NCBI RefSeq assembly: GCF_017094525.1
Contig: NZ_CP064788.1
Location: 975,030-1,039,029, forward strand
From: Halapricum desulfuricans
Lineage (GTDB): Archaea > Halobacteriota > Halobacteria > Halobacteriales > Haloarculaceae
Direction of reading: 5' to 3'
Length of the DNA stretch: 64,000 nucleotides
Part shown: positions 1 to 9,180 of the stretch, in pieces
Layout: the number at the start of each line of letters is the position of its first letter
Position numbering within the stretch: the stretch's first letter is position 1
Translations under genes and position numbers: made by a program
Notes under the pieces: generated by a model
Told to the model about the DNA's origin: nothing
Seen by the model: only the letters and a program-made list of their open reading frames with translations
Databases searched by the model: none

Positions 1-841
1 CGTGGGCCTTATACTCGATGTAGTTGAGCAGGCGGGCGAACGGCATCTTGTGGGTCTTGTCGTTGACATACCGCCCCTTGTCGTTGTCTTTGCGAATTCC
101 ATCGAGATCGCCCACAACGATGACCGCGTTCCGTTCCTCGGCATCCTCCACAATCGAGCGAGCAATCTTGTGGAGGCGGTCGTCCACCTTCCGTGCTTCG
201 GCGTCCCCGATACGCTCAACCACCTGCTGTCCCTGTCGGGGTTTGGCTTTCCCGATGGACTTGCGCAGTTGCTTGTAGTGTTCGCGGAGACGGCGCACTT
301 CTTCACCGTAGAAGGTGGTTTTGCGGTCGGAGAGGAACGCGCAGGTAGCGACCCAGCGTGCGCCCATGTCGATAGCCAGCACGTCGTCGTACTCGTCTTG
401 GACGGTCACAGACCGCTTGACGACGAGATGGACGTACCAGTCACCGTCACGGCACACCAGTTCGCTGTCTCGAAGATTCCCCTCACGGACGAGTTGTGCG
501 TCCTTTCGTGGGACGTGGGCTGGACACCAGATGGAGTTGCCCTGTCCTTTCTCGGGGTCATAGACAGGGACTTTCACCCACCACGACGAGAGAACGGTGT
601 CTTTGTCGTAGGCCACGTCGAACACGTCGTTGCGAAGGACGACAGGTTGTTCCGTACCGGGGTTCGGGTCTTTCTGCCGTTGTACTTTCGACGCCTGCTG
701 ATCGGTTGCAGAGTACAGGTCGGCGTCTCCGCCGTGAACTTCAGTCTGGAACGCCTCATACTCACGGGCGAGCAGGTCAGCCTTCCTGTTGGTCAGTGAG
801 TGGAGTTTGACCCGCACCGTAGTTTTGACTGTCCGTTGCAT
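1..841 (-). CDS. tnpB: TnpB (IS605 OrfB, RuvC-like RNA-guided nuclease), C-terminally truncated by the window edge
   Basis: My own translation of the minus strand from the ATG at 839-841 gives MQRTVKTTVRVKL...AIDMGARWVAT...KTHKMPFARLLNYIEYKA with no stop through position 1. These are conserved TnpB motifs (RuvC-I aspartate). This ORF is missing from the supplied ORF track. Confidence 0.8.
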   Translation of the reverse strand, partial: MQRTVKTTVRVKLHSLTNRKADLLAREYEAFQTEVHGGDADLYSATDQQASKVQRQKDPNPGTEQPVVLRNDVFDVAYDKDTVLSSWWVKVPVYDPEKGQGNSIWCPAHVPRKDAQLVREGNLRDSELVCRDGDWYVHLVVKRSVTVQDEYDDVLAIDMGARWVATCAFLSDRKTTFYGEEVRRLREHYKQLRKSIGKAKPRQGQQVVERIGDAEARKVDDRLHKIARSIVEDAEERNAVIVVGDLDGIRKDNDKGRYVNDKTHKMPFARLLNYIEYKAH

Positions 842-843
842 GG

Positions 844-1257
844 CTACTCACCTGCTTGGGCGTCGATGTACTCCTCGATGACTTCGCTGGATACGTCGCT
901 CGCACTTGAGACGAAGTACGAGCGCGTCCACAGCGACGGCAAGCCGAAGTCGAACTCGTCCCGAAGTCGGCGCGAGGAGTAGCCCTTGACCTGTTGCATT
1001 ATCTTGTTCGGGGCAAGCGTCGGATCGCCTGTGATGAACAAGTGTACGTGGTCGGGGCGAATCGCCAACTCCAGCATCTCTACCCCAAGTTCGTCGGCTT
1101 TCTCCTCGATGAGTTCTTCGAGACGGTCGCGTACCTCGCCCACAAGCACCGATTTGCGGTACTTCGGACACCAGATGAAGTGATACTGGAGTTTGTGGAC
1201 GCTGGTACGTTCTCTGTCGAACCCACGAGGCATCGTCAGTATATAGATACCGCTCAC
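844..1257 (-). CDS. tnpA: IS200-type transposase TnpA (Y1 HuH)
   Basis: 137 aa with an HxH-like motif (DHVHLFI) and a catalytic Tyr region (QQVKGYSSRRLR) typical of IS200 TnpA. Confidence 0.9.
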   Translation of the reverse strand: MSGIYILTMPRGFDRERTSVHKLQYHFIWCPKYRKSVLVGEVRDRLEELIEEKADELGVEMLELAIRPDHVHLFITGDPTLAPNKIMQQVKGYSSRRLRDEFDFGLPSLWTRSYFVSSASDVSSEVIEEYIDAQAGE

Positions 1258-1444
1258 CTAAAGATGTTATGTGAACATCTAACCCCAGCCGTGGCTATGA
1301 ACGTGGAGAGGCTCCCAGTTGTCGGCTTCATCCCACGGCTAAAGCCGATGGGCTTTCGCCTCGCTACCGCTGTAACAGTTTCCGAAACGCCGTTTCGGTA
1401 GTTGTTTCCGCACCGATATGTCGACGGTCCTCTGCTGCGATCGA

Positions 1445-1852
1445 TCACTCGGTCGCTTCGATCCGCCCGACCATGCCGCCGCCCTCGTGGGGCACACAGA
1501 AGTACTCGTAGGTGCCGGGCACCTCGACAGTGTAACTGAACGTCTCGCCCCCGTAGAGGTTGCCGCCGCCGTCGGCGAACCACCGCTCGCGGGCCTCGGC
1601 TTCGCCGTCGAACCCGCCGGTCGCGAAGTACTCGGCCGCCTCGGGGATCCGGTCCTCGTAGGCTGTGACCGTGTGGGCGCGGGAATTGGTGTTCCGCCAG
1701 ACGACCGTCGTCCCGACCGGGACCGAAAGCGTCTCCGGTTCGAAGGACATCGAGGTCATCCCGACGTCGTAGCCCGAGCCGCCGGCCCCGACGCCCAGAC
1801 AGCCGCCGGCGAACGCGGCCCCGCCGGTCGCGAGAAACGCCCGTCGTTTCAT
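1445..1852 (-). CDS. halocyanin-like blue copper protein (cupredoxin) lipoprotein
   Basis: Start MKRRAFLATGGAAFAGGC gives a Tat motif plus lipobox. The C-terminal YFCVPHEGGGMVG is a type-1 copper ligand pattern. Confidence 0.8.
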   Translation of the reverse strand: MKRRAFLATGGAAFAGGCLGVGAGGSGYDVGMTSMSFEPETLSVPVGTTVVWRNTNSRAHTVTAYEDRIPEAAEYFATGGFDGEAEARERWFADGGGNLYGGETFSYTVEVPGTYEYFCVPHEGGGMVGRIEATE

Positions 1853-1955
1853 ACCGGTCGGTCGGGGCCGGAGAGCAAAGAGGCCTCTGGTGGGACATGC
1901 GGGACTCGACCCCGAGATCGAACGGCCTAAGGCGATCCTCGGCGACGGGACGGAT

Positions 1956-2651
1956 ATGCAGCTCCGGCCCCGGTTTCTCGGTCGCCTCGGCGCGGCCGAC
2001 GTCGTGACCGTCGCCAACGCCGCGCTGGGCTTTGCCGCCGCCGTGGCCGCGACGATCGACCCGCGACTGGCAGCGCGGCTCGTCCTGCTGGCGGCGATCG
2101 CCGACGGGCTCGACGGCGTGCTCGCGCGCGTCTACGGCAGCACGCAGGTCGGCGAGTACGTCGACTCGCTGGCCGACGTCGCCTCCTTCGGCGTCGCGCC
2201 CGCCGTGTTCGTCTACGTGATCGCAAGCCGGGAGTGGGGGCTAGAACTCGCGACGCTGTCCGTCGCCGAGGTCGTGACGCTCGCGATTCCGGCGCTGTAC
2301 GTCGCGGCGGCGGTCGTCCGGCTGGCGATGTACACGGCCTACGACCTCGAGGATCGGACGACTCGGGGCGTCCAGACGACGCTGGCAGCGACAGTCCTGG
2401 CGGCGGCGTACCTCTCTGGCGTCACCGACCCCGCGGTCCTGCTCGGCGCGACCGGCCTGTTCGTCTACCTGATGATCACCACGATCGAGTATCCCGAACT
2501 GGCCGAACGGGACGCCCTGGCGATGGGGGTCGTGCAGGCCGGAGCCGTGCTCGCGCCGCTGGCGTTCGCGCGCGTGTTCCCGCGGGCTCTGCTTGCGGCG
2601 GCGCTGGCGTATCTGCTGCTCGCGCCGGTGGTATACCCGCGGTCGCGGTGA
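1956..2651 (+). CDS. CDP-alcohol phosphatidyltransferase family protein (archaetidylserine synthase-like)
   Basis: DGLDGVLARVYGSTQVGEYVDSLADVASFGVAP matches the D-G-x2-A-R...G-x3-D-x3-D motif. The protein is polytopic and hydrophobic. Confidence 0.7.
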   Translation: MQLRPRFLGRLGAADVVTVANAALGFAAAVAATIDPRLAARLVLLAAIADGLDGVLARVYGSTQVGEYVDSLADVASFGVAPAVFVYVIASREWGLELATLSVAEVVTLAIPALYVAAAVVRLAMYTAYDLEDRTTRGVQTTLAATVLAAAYLSGVTDPAVLLGATGLFVYLMITTIEYPELAERDALAMGVVQAGAVLAPLAFARVFPRALLAAALAYLLLAPVVYPRSR

Positions 2652-2712
2652 CGACCCGAGCGCGGTAGCCGGAAGGGAAACGCTCTTGCCCGAGACACCC
2701 ACAGACAGGGGT

Positions 2713-3975
2713 ATGAGCAACGGGGACGAGCCGGACGACGGCGAGGCGGCACTGACCGACCTCGAGGACTTCGAGTCGCGGCTGGACTCGGTGGCAGAGT
2801 CGCTCGAGGCCGCCGGGACGGAGACCGACCTCGACGACGTCGAGGCGACGCTGGACGCGACCGCCGAGGCGCTCGAGGCCGCCGACCTGCCCGAACCGGA
2901 CGACGAAGACGAGGACGATCCGAGCGCAGAACTCGAAGGGCGGATCGACGGCCTTCGGGAGGACCTCAACGCACAGCGCGGCCCCTATCTCGAGGACGTC
3001 ACCGACGACCTCGAAAGCGTCGTCTCGACGGTCGAGGGGACCCGGTGGACCGAAACAGGTAGCGCGGAACTGGACGATGCCGTGGCGAGCTTTCTGGCGG
3101 AGATCGACGACGAGATCGATTCGACGGTCGAGGACGGCGAACCGGCCGATCGACTCGACGCCGCCGTCGAAGCGCTCTCGGAACTGGATCTCGATCCCGA
3201 CGAGGACACGGAGACCATCGAGGCGCTCCTGACTGCGGTCGACGGTCTCGAAGACGATATCGACGCTGCCGAGTCCTGGGACGATCTGACAGTTCGTGAA
3301 CAGCTCACTGCCGAAGGCTTCTACGAGGTCCTCGGTCCGGAGGGGCGCAGGGACTACCCGCCCGAGTGGAACGCGGTCAAGATCTACGAGAAGCGATACC
3401 AGCAGGACCGAAGCGACGGGGAAGCGATCGAGATGATCCTGCTCGCCCTGGAGAAGCTGCCCGGCGGCAAAGACCACTTCATGGAGGAGAACATCCTCGA
3501 TTCGCTAGCCCGGATCGCGCCGCCGGAGGCGCTCGAGGACGTCCTCCCGATGGCGGGCAAGCGCAACGAGAAGGCGATCAGAGTCGTCGGCAAGATCGGC
3601 GACCCCGGGGCGCTGGACACGTTGCTGGATTTCATCGACGGCGACGGGGACCGCTCGCTGCAGCTCGAGACGCTCCGTGCGGTCGGCGCGATCGGCAGCG
3701 AGGCGGCCACCCGGACAGTCGCAGACCGACTCGCGGCCGAGGACGCCGAGATCCGCTCCGCCGCCGCCCGGGCGCTCGGCCGGATCGGCGACACGCGAGC
3801 GATCGAGCCGCTCGCCGACGTGCTGGCCGACGACCCCGAGGCCAGCGTGCGGGCGAGCGCGGCGTGGGCGCTCGTCCAGATCGGGACCGAACGCGCCTTC
3901 GAGGCGGTTGAGACCAACGCTGACGACTCCTATCTCGTCCAGGTCGAGGCCGAGAAGGCCGCGCTGTCGTCCTGA
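2713..3975 (+). CDS. acidic HEAT-repeat (PBS-lyase-type) protein
   Basis: The C-terminal half carries repeated ...A..ALG.IGD..A...L...L.D.D..VR..AA.AL.. HEAT-like units. The N-terminal half is a very acidic low-complexity region. Confidence 0.6.
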   Translation: MSNGDEPDDGEAALTDLEDFESRLDSVAESLEAAGTETDLDDVEATLDATAEALEAADLPEPDDEDEDDPSAELEGRIDGLREDLNAQRGPYLEDVTDDLESVVSTVEGTRWTETGSAELDDAVASFLAEIDDEIDSTVEDGEPADRLDAAVEALSELDLDPDEDTETIEALLTAVDGLEDDIDAAESWDDLTVREQLTAEGFYEVLGPEGRRDYPPEWNAVKIYEKRYQQDRSDGEAIEMILLALEKLPGGKDHFMEENILDSLARIAPPEALEDVLPMAGKRNEKAIRVVGKIGDPGALDTLLDFIDGDGDRSLQLETLRAVGAIGSEAATRTVADRLAAEDAEIRSAAARALGRIGDTRAIEPLADVLADDPEASVRASAAWALVQIGTERAFEAVETNADDSYLVQVEAEKAALSS

Positions 3976-4008
3976 GGTTTTTATCCGAACTCGACGCGAC
4001 CCCGTGAT

Positions 4009-5772
4009 GTGTCACGGATCAGTGGGGCGCTGCTGGTCGCCGTCGGCCTGACTGCGATCGCCGGGCTCAGCTGCGCCGCCGCGACGACGCCGACCGGGGG
4101 AGCCGTGGCGATCGACGAAGCGGGAGTGTCAGCGGCCGACGGGACGAGTCTATCGGTCGATCGGACGACGAGTCAAGCGACCAACGAGACCACGGCGTCG
4201 TCGCCCAACGGGACGTCACCACCGGAACTGACAGCCGCCTATCCGAACCCGACCGCGTACGGCGACGAGGGGGAGTATCTCGTGCTCGAGGCACCGAACG
4301 GGACCGAACTCGGGGCGTACCGCCTCGACGACGGCCACCGGGAGGCGAGACTTCCCGACCGAACGGTCGGCGGTCGGATCGTGCTGACGGCCAACCGGAG
4401 TGCCGTCCCGGACGGCGTCCGGGGTCCGATCGTCGAGTGGTCGGAGATGGTTCCCCTGTCGAACGCCGGCGAGAGCCTGACGCTGTCGGACGGGAACGGG
4501 ACGGTCGAGACGCTCGAATACGAGGACGCACCCGAAGGTGAGGTGCTCCGGCCCGACACCGACCGGCGATGGCGAGCGCTCGGCGCGACGTCGTTCGAGC
4601 CGGTCGTCGGCGGCCCCGGATCGGTTCGAGCGTTCGCGTTGCCGGATTCGCCGAGCGTCCCACTTGCGGTTATCGAGAGCGCAGAGCGGCGAGTCCTGCT
4701 GGCGGGGTACACGTTCACCTCCGAGCGCGTGGCCGATCGACTGATCGCGGTTCGCGAGCGCGGCGTCGCGGTCGAGGTGATTGTCGACGGCGCACCGGTA
4801 GGAGGACTGACCGAGCGTAGCGCGGCCGTCCTCGATCGTCTGACAGCCGCGAACGTCAGTGTTCGAGTGGTTGGTGGCGACGGGGGACGGTACGAGTTCC
4901 AGCACGGCAAATACGCCGTCGTCGACGACCGGGCGATCGTACTCACGGAGAACTGGAAGCCAGCGGGCGTCGGCGGCGCGTCGAGTCGCGGCTGGGGCGT
5001 CGTCGTCGACTCGCCAGCAATCGTCGACGGACTGAGCAGGACGTTCCGTGCCGACAGCGGGAGTCGCGGTGCCGTCCCCTGGGAAGCGTTCCGCGGGGAC
5101 GTATCGCTCGAATCGGCGGCGCCGTCTCGGAGACAGTACCCCGCCCGGATCGAGTCGCAGTCGGTCGCGGTCGAGCGGGCGGAACTGGTCGTCGCACCCG
5201 ATAACGCGGCCGGTCGAGTTCAGGGGTTGCTGGCGAACGCGAGCGATTCCGTCCGGATCGTGCAGGTGTCGATCGGGGGGCGCGACGATCGGTTGCTCCG
5301 GGAAGCGATCGCAGCGGCCGAGCGCGGCGTCGAGGTCCGGATCCTGCTGTCGGGTGCGTGGTACGTCGAGGAGGAAAACCGCCGGCTCGTCGACCAGCTC
5401 CGGACGCTGTCCGCCCGCGAGGACCTCCCGCTGTCGGTCAGGCTGGCCGAGCCGGGCGGCCGCTACGAGAAGATCCACGCGAAGGGAGTCGTCATCGACG
5501 GCGAGACGGTGGTGCTGGGAAGTCTCAACTGGAACGACAACGCGTACGACGACAACCGCGAGGTCGCGGTCGTCCTGCACGGGACCGAAGCCGGGGCGTA
5601 CTTCCGGAAGGTCTTCGAGCGCGACTGGCGCGGCGGGATCACGCTGGTGCCCGCGGGCACGGTACTCACACTCGTCGCCGTCGTACTGCCGGTCGCGCGA
5701 CTCGGCCGGCGTGTCGAATTCGCATCGCAACCCGGGACGGAGCGGGAAGTACCAGGAGCACGGATCGACTAG
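4009..5772 (+). CDS. secreted phospholipase D-like (HKD) protein with an N-terminal lamin-tail-like domain
   Basis: Signal peptide. Two HKD motifs: FQHGKYAVVDDRAIVLTENW and IHAKGVVIDGETVVLGSLNWNDNAY. N-terminal YPNPTAYGDEGEYLVLEAPNGT is an LTD-like beta domain. Confidence 0.7.
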   Translation: MSRISGALLVAVGLTAIAGLSCAAATTPTGGAVAIDEAGVSAADGTSLSVDRTTSQATNETTASSPNGTSPPELTAAYPNPTAYGDEGEYLVLEAPNGTELGAYRLDDGHREARLPDRTVGGRIVLTANRSAVPDGVRGPIVEWSEMVPLSNAGESLTLSDGNGTVETLEYEDAPEGEVLRPDTDRRWRALGATSFEPVVGGPGSVRAFALPDSPSVPLAVIESAERRVLLAGYTFTSERVADRLIAVRERGVAVEVIVDGAPVGGLTERSAAVLDRLTAANVSVRVVGGDGGRYEFQHGKYAVVDDRAIVLTENWKPAGVGGASSRGWGVVVDSPAIVDGLSRTFRADSGSRGAVPWEAFRGDVSLESAAPSRRQYPARIESQSVAVERAELVVAPDNAAGRVQGLLANASDSVRIVQVSIGGRDDRLLREAIAAAERGVEVRILLSGAWYVEEENRRLVDQLRTLSAREDLPLSVRLAEPGGRYEKIHAKGVVIDGETVVLGSLNWNDNAYDDNREVAVVLHGTEAGAYFRKVFERDWRGGITLVPAGTVLTLVAVVLPVARLGRRVEFASQPGTEREVPGARID

Positions 5773-5862
5773 GTCGAAGCGATTCCGGGACGGAGGCGCT
5801 GCCGTCGCGAACGGACGGCCCGGGGCCGACGCTTTTGGTTCCGGGCGTCGAACTAGCAGGGA

Positions 5863-6552
5863 ATGACCCGTTTGCGGCGGTATCTCGGCGAACGTCACCG
5901 CCTGCTCGCGTGGACGTTGCTGATCGCCGGCGGGGGCTGGGTCGCGCTGAGAGAGTACCCGCCCGAACTCGCCGCGTACGCGGATCGGCCGACGGCGGTC
6001 GCGGTTCTGTCGGGCGTGTGGCTGGCGGGCGTGCTGGTCGTTCGACGACGCGAGCGACGCGCCTGGCGACGGCTGATCGAGGCGACGCCGTTCGAACCGC
6101 AGCACGACGGCGGCCTTCGCCGTCCGCCGCTCCAGCGATCGCTGAAGGGCAACGTGATCACGGCAGAACCGGTCGCTCGCGGGCTCGTCCGCCAGCGCGC
6201 CGTCCGCGTCGAGGCGACGGCGGGCGGCGTCACCGAGCCGATTGACGTCGTGCTCACCTACGTCGGAAGCGGGGGCACCGATCGCGGGGTCCAAACAGGG
6301 ACCGACGTGCTCGACGAACAGTTCGTCTTCGAGGTCACGTCCGGATCGAACCTCGCGTCGGTGTTCGATGCCGAGGTCCAGTCGGCGCTGCTCGACGTTT
6401 CGATCCCCGGCGAACTGGGGATCGACGGACGACACGTCAGCTACGAGATCCCGTTCACCCGCGTCCGGCCGTCGGAACTCGGTGCCGTCTCGAAGGCGGT
6501 CGCAACGGTGACCGCCCGCATGGAACACCTCGTCGCCGCCGGTCGACTGTGA
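5863..6552 (+). CDS. hypothetical membrane protein
   Basis: Two N-terminal TM helices and coding-like composition. No recognisable domain. Confidence 0.45.
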   Translation: MTRLRRYLGERHRLLAWTLLIAGGGWVALREYPPELAAYADRPTAVAVLSGVWLAGVLVVRRRERRAWRRLIEATPFEPQHDGGLRRPPLQRSLKGNVITAEPVARGLVRQRAVRVEATAGGVTEPIDVVLTYVGSGGTDRGVQTGTDVLDEQFVFEVTSGSNLASVFDAEVQSALLDVSIPGELGIDGRHVSYEIPFTRVRPSELGAVSKAVATVTARMEHLVAAGRL

Positions 6553-6572
6553 TCGCCGAGCGACACACGACG

Positions 6573-7289
6573 TTAAGGTTCCAACGCAACGAATTCGAGC
6601 CCGCGCTCGGCCAGCAGCGAACGGGCGCGGTCGGTGACCGACGGCGCGACGAGAATCCCGCGGACGCCGGTCTCCGCGTGGAGGTCCCGCTGCAGGGCCT
6701 CGACGTAGCGCGCGAGCTGGCCCACGGCGTCCGGGCCAACCCGCCGGCGTTTCAACTCCAGGACGACTGCCCGTCCGTCCTCGTCCTCGCCGTAGACGTC
6801 GACGGCACCCGCAGAAGTCCGTCGCTCGGTCGCGAGCGGGATAAAGCCGGACTCGATCAACGAGGGGTCGTCGAGGATCCGCTGGCGGAGGTCCTCCTCG
6901 GTCCCGGACAGCGACAGCTCCTCGGGGTCGGTCACGTCGAACGCCGCGACGTGCTCGACGGCCTCGAATTCCACCACGAGCTGTTCGTCGGGGTTGTCCC
7001 GGTGGCTTTCAACCACGAGCCCGCCGTCGACGGTCACCTCGCGGGTACACCCCGGCGGCTGCCAGTTCACCGGCTGGTGGCCCTCGTCAGTGTGGACCAG
7101 GACGGTCCCGTCGGGCTTGCACATGACGTGGCGGTCGCCGGGGCCGAGCGTGCTCGCCGCCCGGCCGTCGTACTCGACGGTACATTCGCCGAAGATCGTC
7201 ACGACGGCCCCGCTTTCGAGGCCCGCCTCGACGACCGACCGTGCCGTCTCGATCGAGGGATCGGTCCGGGCGCGAACGTCGGATGTCAC
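6573..7289 (-). CDS. nucS: endonuclease NucS (EndoMS, mismatch-specific)
   Basis: 238 aa. The C-terminal RecB-like nuclease motifs VDVYGEDEDGRAVVLELKRRRVGPDAVGQLARYVEAL are NucS-specific. Confidence 0.85.
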   Translation of the reverse strand: MTSDVRARTDPSIETARSVVEAGLESGAVVTIFGECTVEYDGRAASTLGPGDRHVMCKPDGTVLVHTDEGHQPVNWQPPGCTREVTVDGGLVVESHRDNPDEQLVVEFEAVEHVAAFDVTDPEELSLSGTEEDLRQRILDDPSLIESGFIPLATERRTSAGAVDVYGEDEDGRAVVLELKRRRVGPDAVGQLARYVEALQRDLHAETGVRGILVAPSVTDRARSLLAERGLEFVALEP

Positions 7290-7382
7290 GTCCGCCCGTA
7301 CTCGACCCGGGAACTAATACCGTCCGTTCCGTCCGTGCTCGCTCGGGGTGTCCATCGGACTGGGGGACTGTCGGGAGGACGG

Positions 7383-7898
7383 CTATCGGTCGGGCCGTCG
7401 CGGATCGAGGACCTCGCCGTCGAGGCGTTCTCGGACGGCCCGGTCCAGGATCGTCTGGGCCTCGACGACGCCGAGGGCCCCGTCCGAGATTCCCGTCGCG
7501 AGGACGCCTTTCGCCGCCCGGAGCCACCGCCGGAGCTCGGCCGCCTCGTCGGGGCTGTCGACAGCAACGATCAGTCCCCGGTCGTCTCCCGCCGTTGAAC
7601 GCTCCCTCAGGTAGTGGTCGAACCCGAACCACAGCGGCAAGTACGTCTCGATATCGTACTCGACGCCGACGCGATAGACGGCCTCGTGGCGGGCGAGATC
7701 GACCATCGTGAGCACGTGTTCGAACGGGCGCGCGACGACGTTCGGAGTCGGATCGACGTCACCGCCGGCGTACGGATCCGATGGCGTGATCGACCGGGCG
7801 AGCCGGCAGTCTAGCCCGCCCAGCCGAGACGTGTGCACGTTGAACCGCCCGTCCGGACGTTCGTAAGCGACCAGCGCGCGATGGCTCACGGCTCCCAT
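7383..7898 (-). CDS. conserved hypothetical protein
   Basis: ORF with acidic haloarchaeal composition. Start chosen at MGAVSHRAL. No domain recognised. Confidence 0.4.
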   Translation of the reverse strand: MGAVSHRALVAYERPDGRFNVHTSRLGGLDCRLARSITPSDPYAGGDVDPTPNVVARPFEHVLTMVDLARHEAVYRVGVEYDIETYLPLWFGFDHYLRERSTAGDDRGLIVAVDSPDEAAELRRWLRAAKGVLATGISDGALGVVEAQTILDRAVRERLDGEVLDPRRPDR

Positions 7899-8076
7899 CC
7901 CCTCCGTGCGTCTGCGAGTGCGATCACGCCCCGAGATGTGTCGGACCCCGGTATAAACGTCCGCCCGCGCCGGGGACTGTCCGAATTCACCCCTATTTTC
8001 CGAGAGGGACACGTTCCCGAGTATTACGAATTAGGGCAAAAGTATTATTTCTCCGTCCGGTATCGACGGCAAGAGC

Positions 8077-9180
8077 ATGTACGATCGTCGCACGGTACTC
8101 CGGGCGGCCGGTGCGGGGGCGGCGGCCGCACTGGCGGGCTGTTCAGTGACGGGCGATACGGCCACCGGCGCACGGACAGTGACCGACGGCGCGGGTCGGG
8201 ACGTCGAACTGCCCGAGTCGGTCGAGCGCGTCGTCGCAGTCGGGCCCGGATCCCTGCGGCAGGTGGCGTATCTCGGCGCGACCGATCGGGTCGTCGGCGT
8301 CGAGGCCGACAGGAACGGCTCGACGACGTCGGCACCGTACAACGTGGCCAACCCGGACCTCCGCGAGAAACCCGTTATCGGCTCTGTCGGACCCAACGCG
8401 GGCGGCAACGCCGAAGCGATCATCGCTGCCGATCCGGACGTGATCTTCTTCTACGGCGACACCTCTCGCGCCGAGACGCTGCAATCCCAGACCGGCATCC
8501 CCGTGGTAGCGTTGCGGATTACGGACTTCGGCAACGAGCACCGACGGAAACGCGTCTACGACATGTGGCGACTGGTCGGGACAGTCCTCGGACGCGAGGA
8601 CCGGGCCGAGAAGCTGGCGACGTTTGTCGAGGAGACGGTCGCCGACCTGCGTGATCGGACGGCGGACCTCCCGGACAGCCAGCGAGCGGCGGCATATGCC
8701 GGTGCGATCAGTTACAAGGGGGCACACGGGATCGCGACCACGCGCAGACAGTTCCCGCCGTTCAGGTACGCCGGCGTCGAGAACGTCGCGAACGGGCTCG
8801 AGACCGACGGGCCGTCCGTCGAGGTCAGCGAGGAGGCGCTGCTCGACTGGGACCCGGAGACGATATTCGTCGACGCGGATAACCTCTCGCGCGCTCGCGA
8901 AGATCTGACAGACAACGACGTGTACGACCGGCTCGCGGCCGTCGAGAACGGCGAGGTGTACACGCTCCTTCCCCACGCGAGCTACCACCACAACTACGGA
9001 TCGGTCCTGGCGAACGGCTACTTCGTCGGCACGACGCTGTATCCCGACCGGTTCGGCGACGTCGACTTCCGGACGAGGGTCGATTCGATCTACGAAACGA
9101 TGCTCGGTGCACCGCTATACGACGATCTGATCGACACCTACGGGGCCTATCAGCGCCTCGATGATCTCGATGTCGGGTGA
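8077..9180 (+). CDS. ABC transporter periplasmic substrate-binding lipoprotein (FecB/BtuF, iron-siderophore/cobalamin class)
   Basis: Tat motif RRTVLRAAGAG plus a lipobox Cys. Class III SBP pattern, directly upstream of FecCD permease and ATPase genes. Confidence 0.75.
   Translation: MYDRRTVLRAAGAGAAAALAGCSVTGDTATGARTVTDGAGRDVELPESVERVVAVGPGSLRQVAYLGATDRVVGVEADRNGSTTSAPYNVANPDLREKPVIGSVGPNAGGNAEAIIAADPDVIFFYGDTSRAETLQSQTGIPVVALRITDFGNEHRRKRVYDMWRLVGTVLGREDRAEKLATFVEETVADLRDRTADLPDSQRAAAYAGAISYKGAHGIATTRRQFPPFRYAGVENVANGLETDGPSVEVSEEALLDWDPETIFVDADNLSRAREDLTDNDVYDRLAAVENGEVYTLLPHASYHHNYGSVLANGYFVGTTLYPDRFGDVDFRTRVDSIYETMLGAPLYDDLIDTYGAYQRLDDLDVG

Larger units (their letters stand above)
1..1415 (-). 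mobile_element. IS200/IS605-family insertion sequence carrying tnpA and tnpB; partial, the tnpB 3' side runs off the window start. Subterminal LE hairpin at about 1382-1398.
   Basis: TnpA Y1/HuH and TnpB genes are adjacent and co-oriented. A palindrome ccgaaacg-c-cgtttcgg sits at 1382-1398, typical of an IS200/605 left end. Confidence 0.75.

Noticed and set aside
2-799. 265-aa plus-strand ORF at the window start
   Set aside because: It is antisense to the well-supported tnpB reading frame (minus strand). High-GC antisense frames are routinely open. It has no motifs.
4216-6528. 770-aa minus-strand ORF
   Set aside because: Antisense to the PLD-like gene and the following membrane-protein gene, both of which have clear motifs and signal peptides. 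Arg/Pro/Gly-rich composition typical of a GC-rich antisense artefact.
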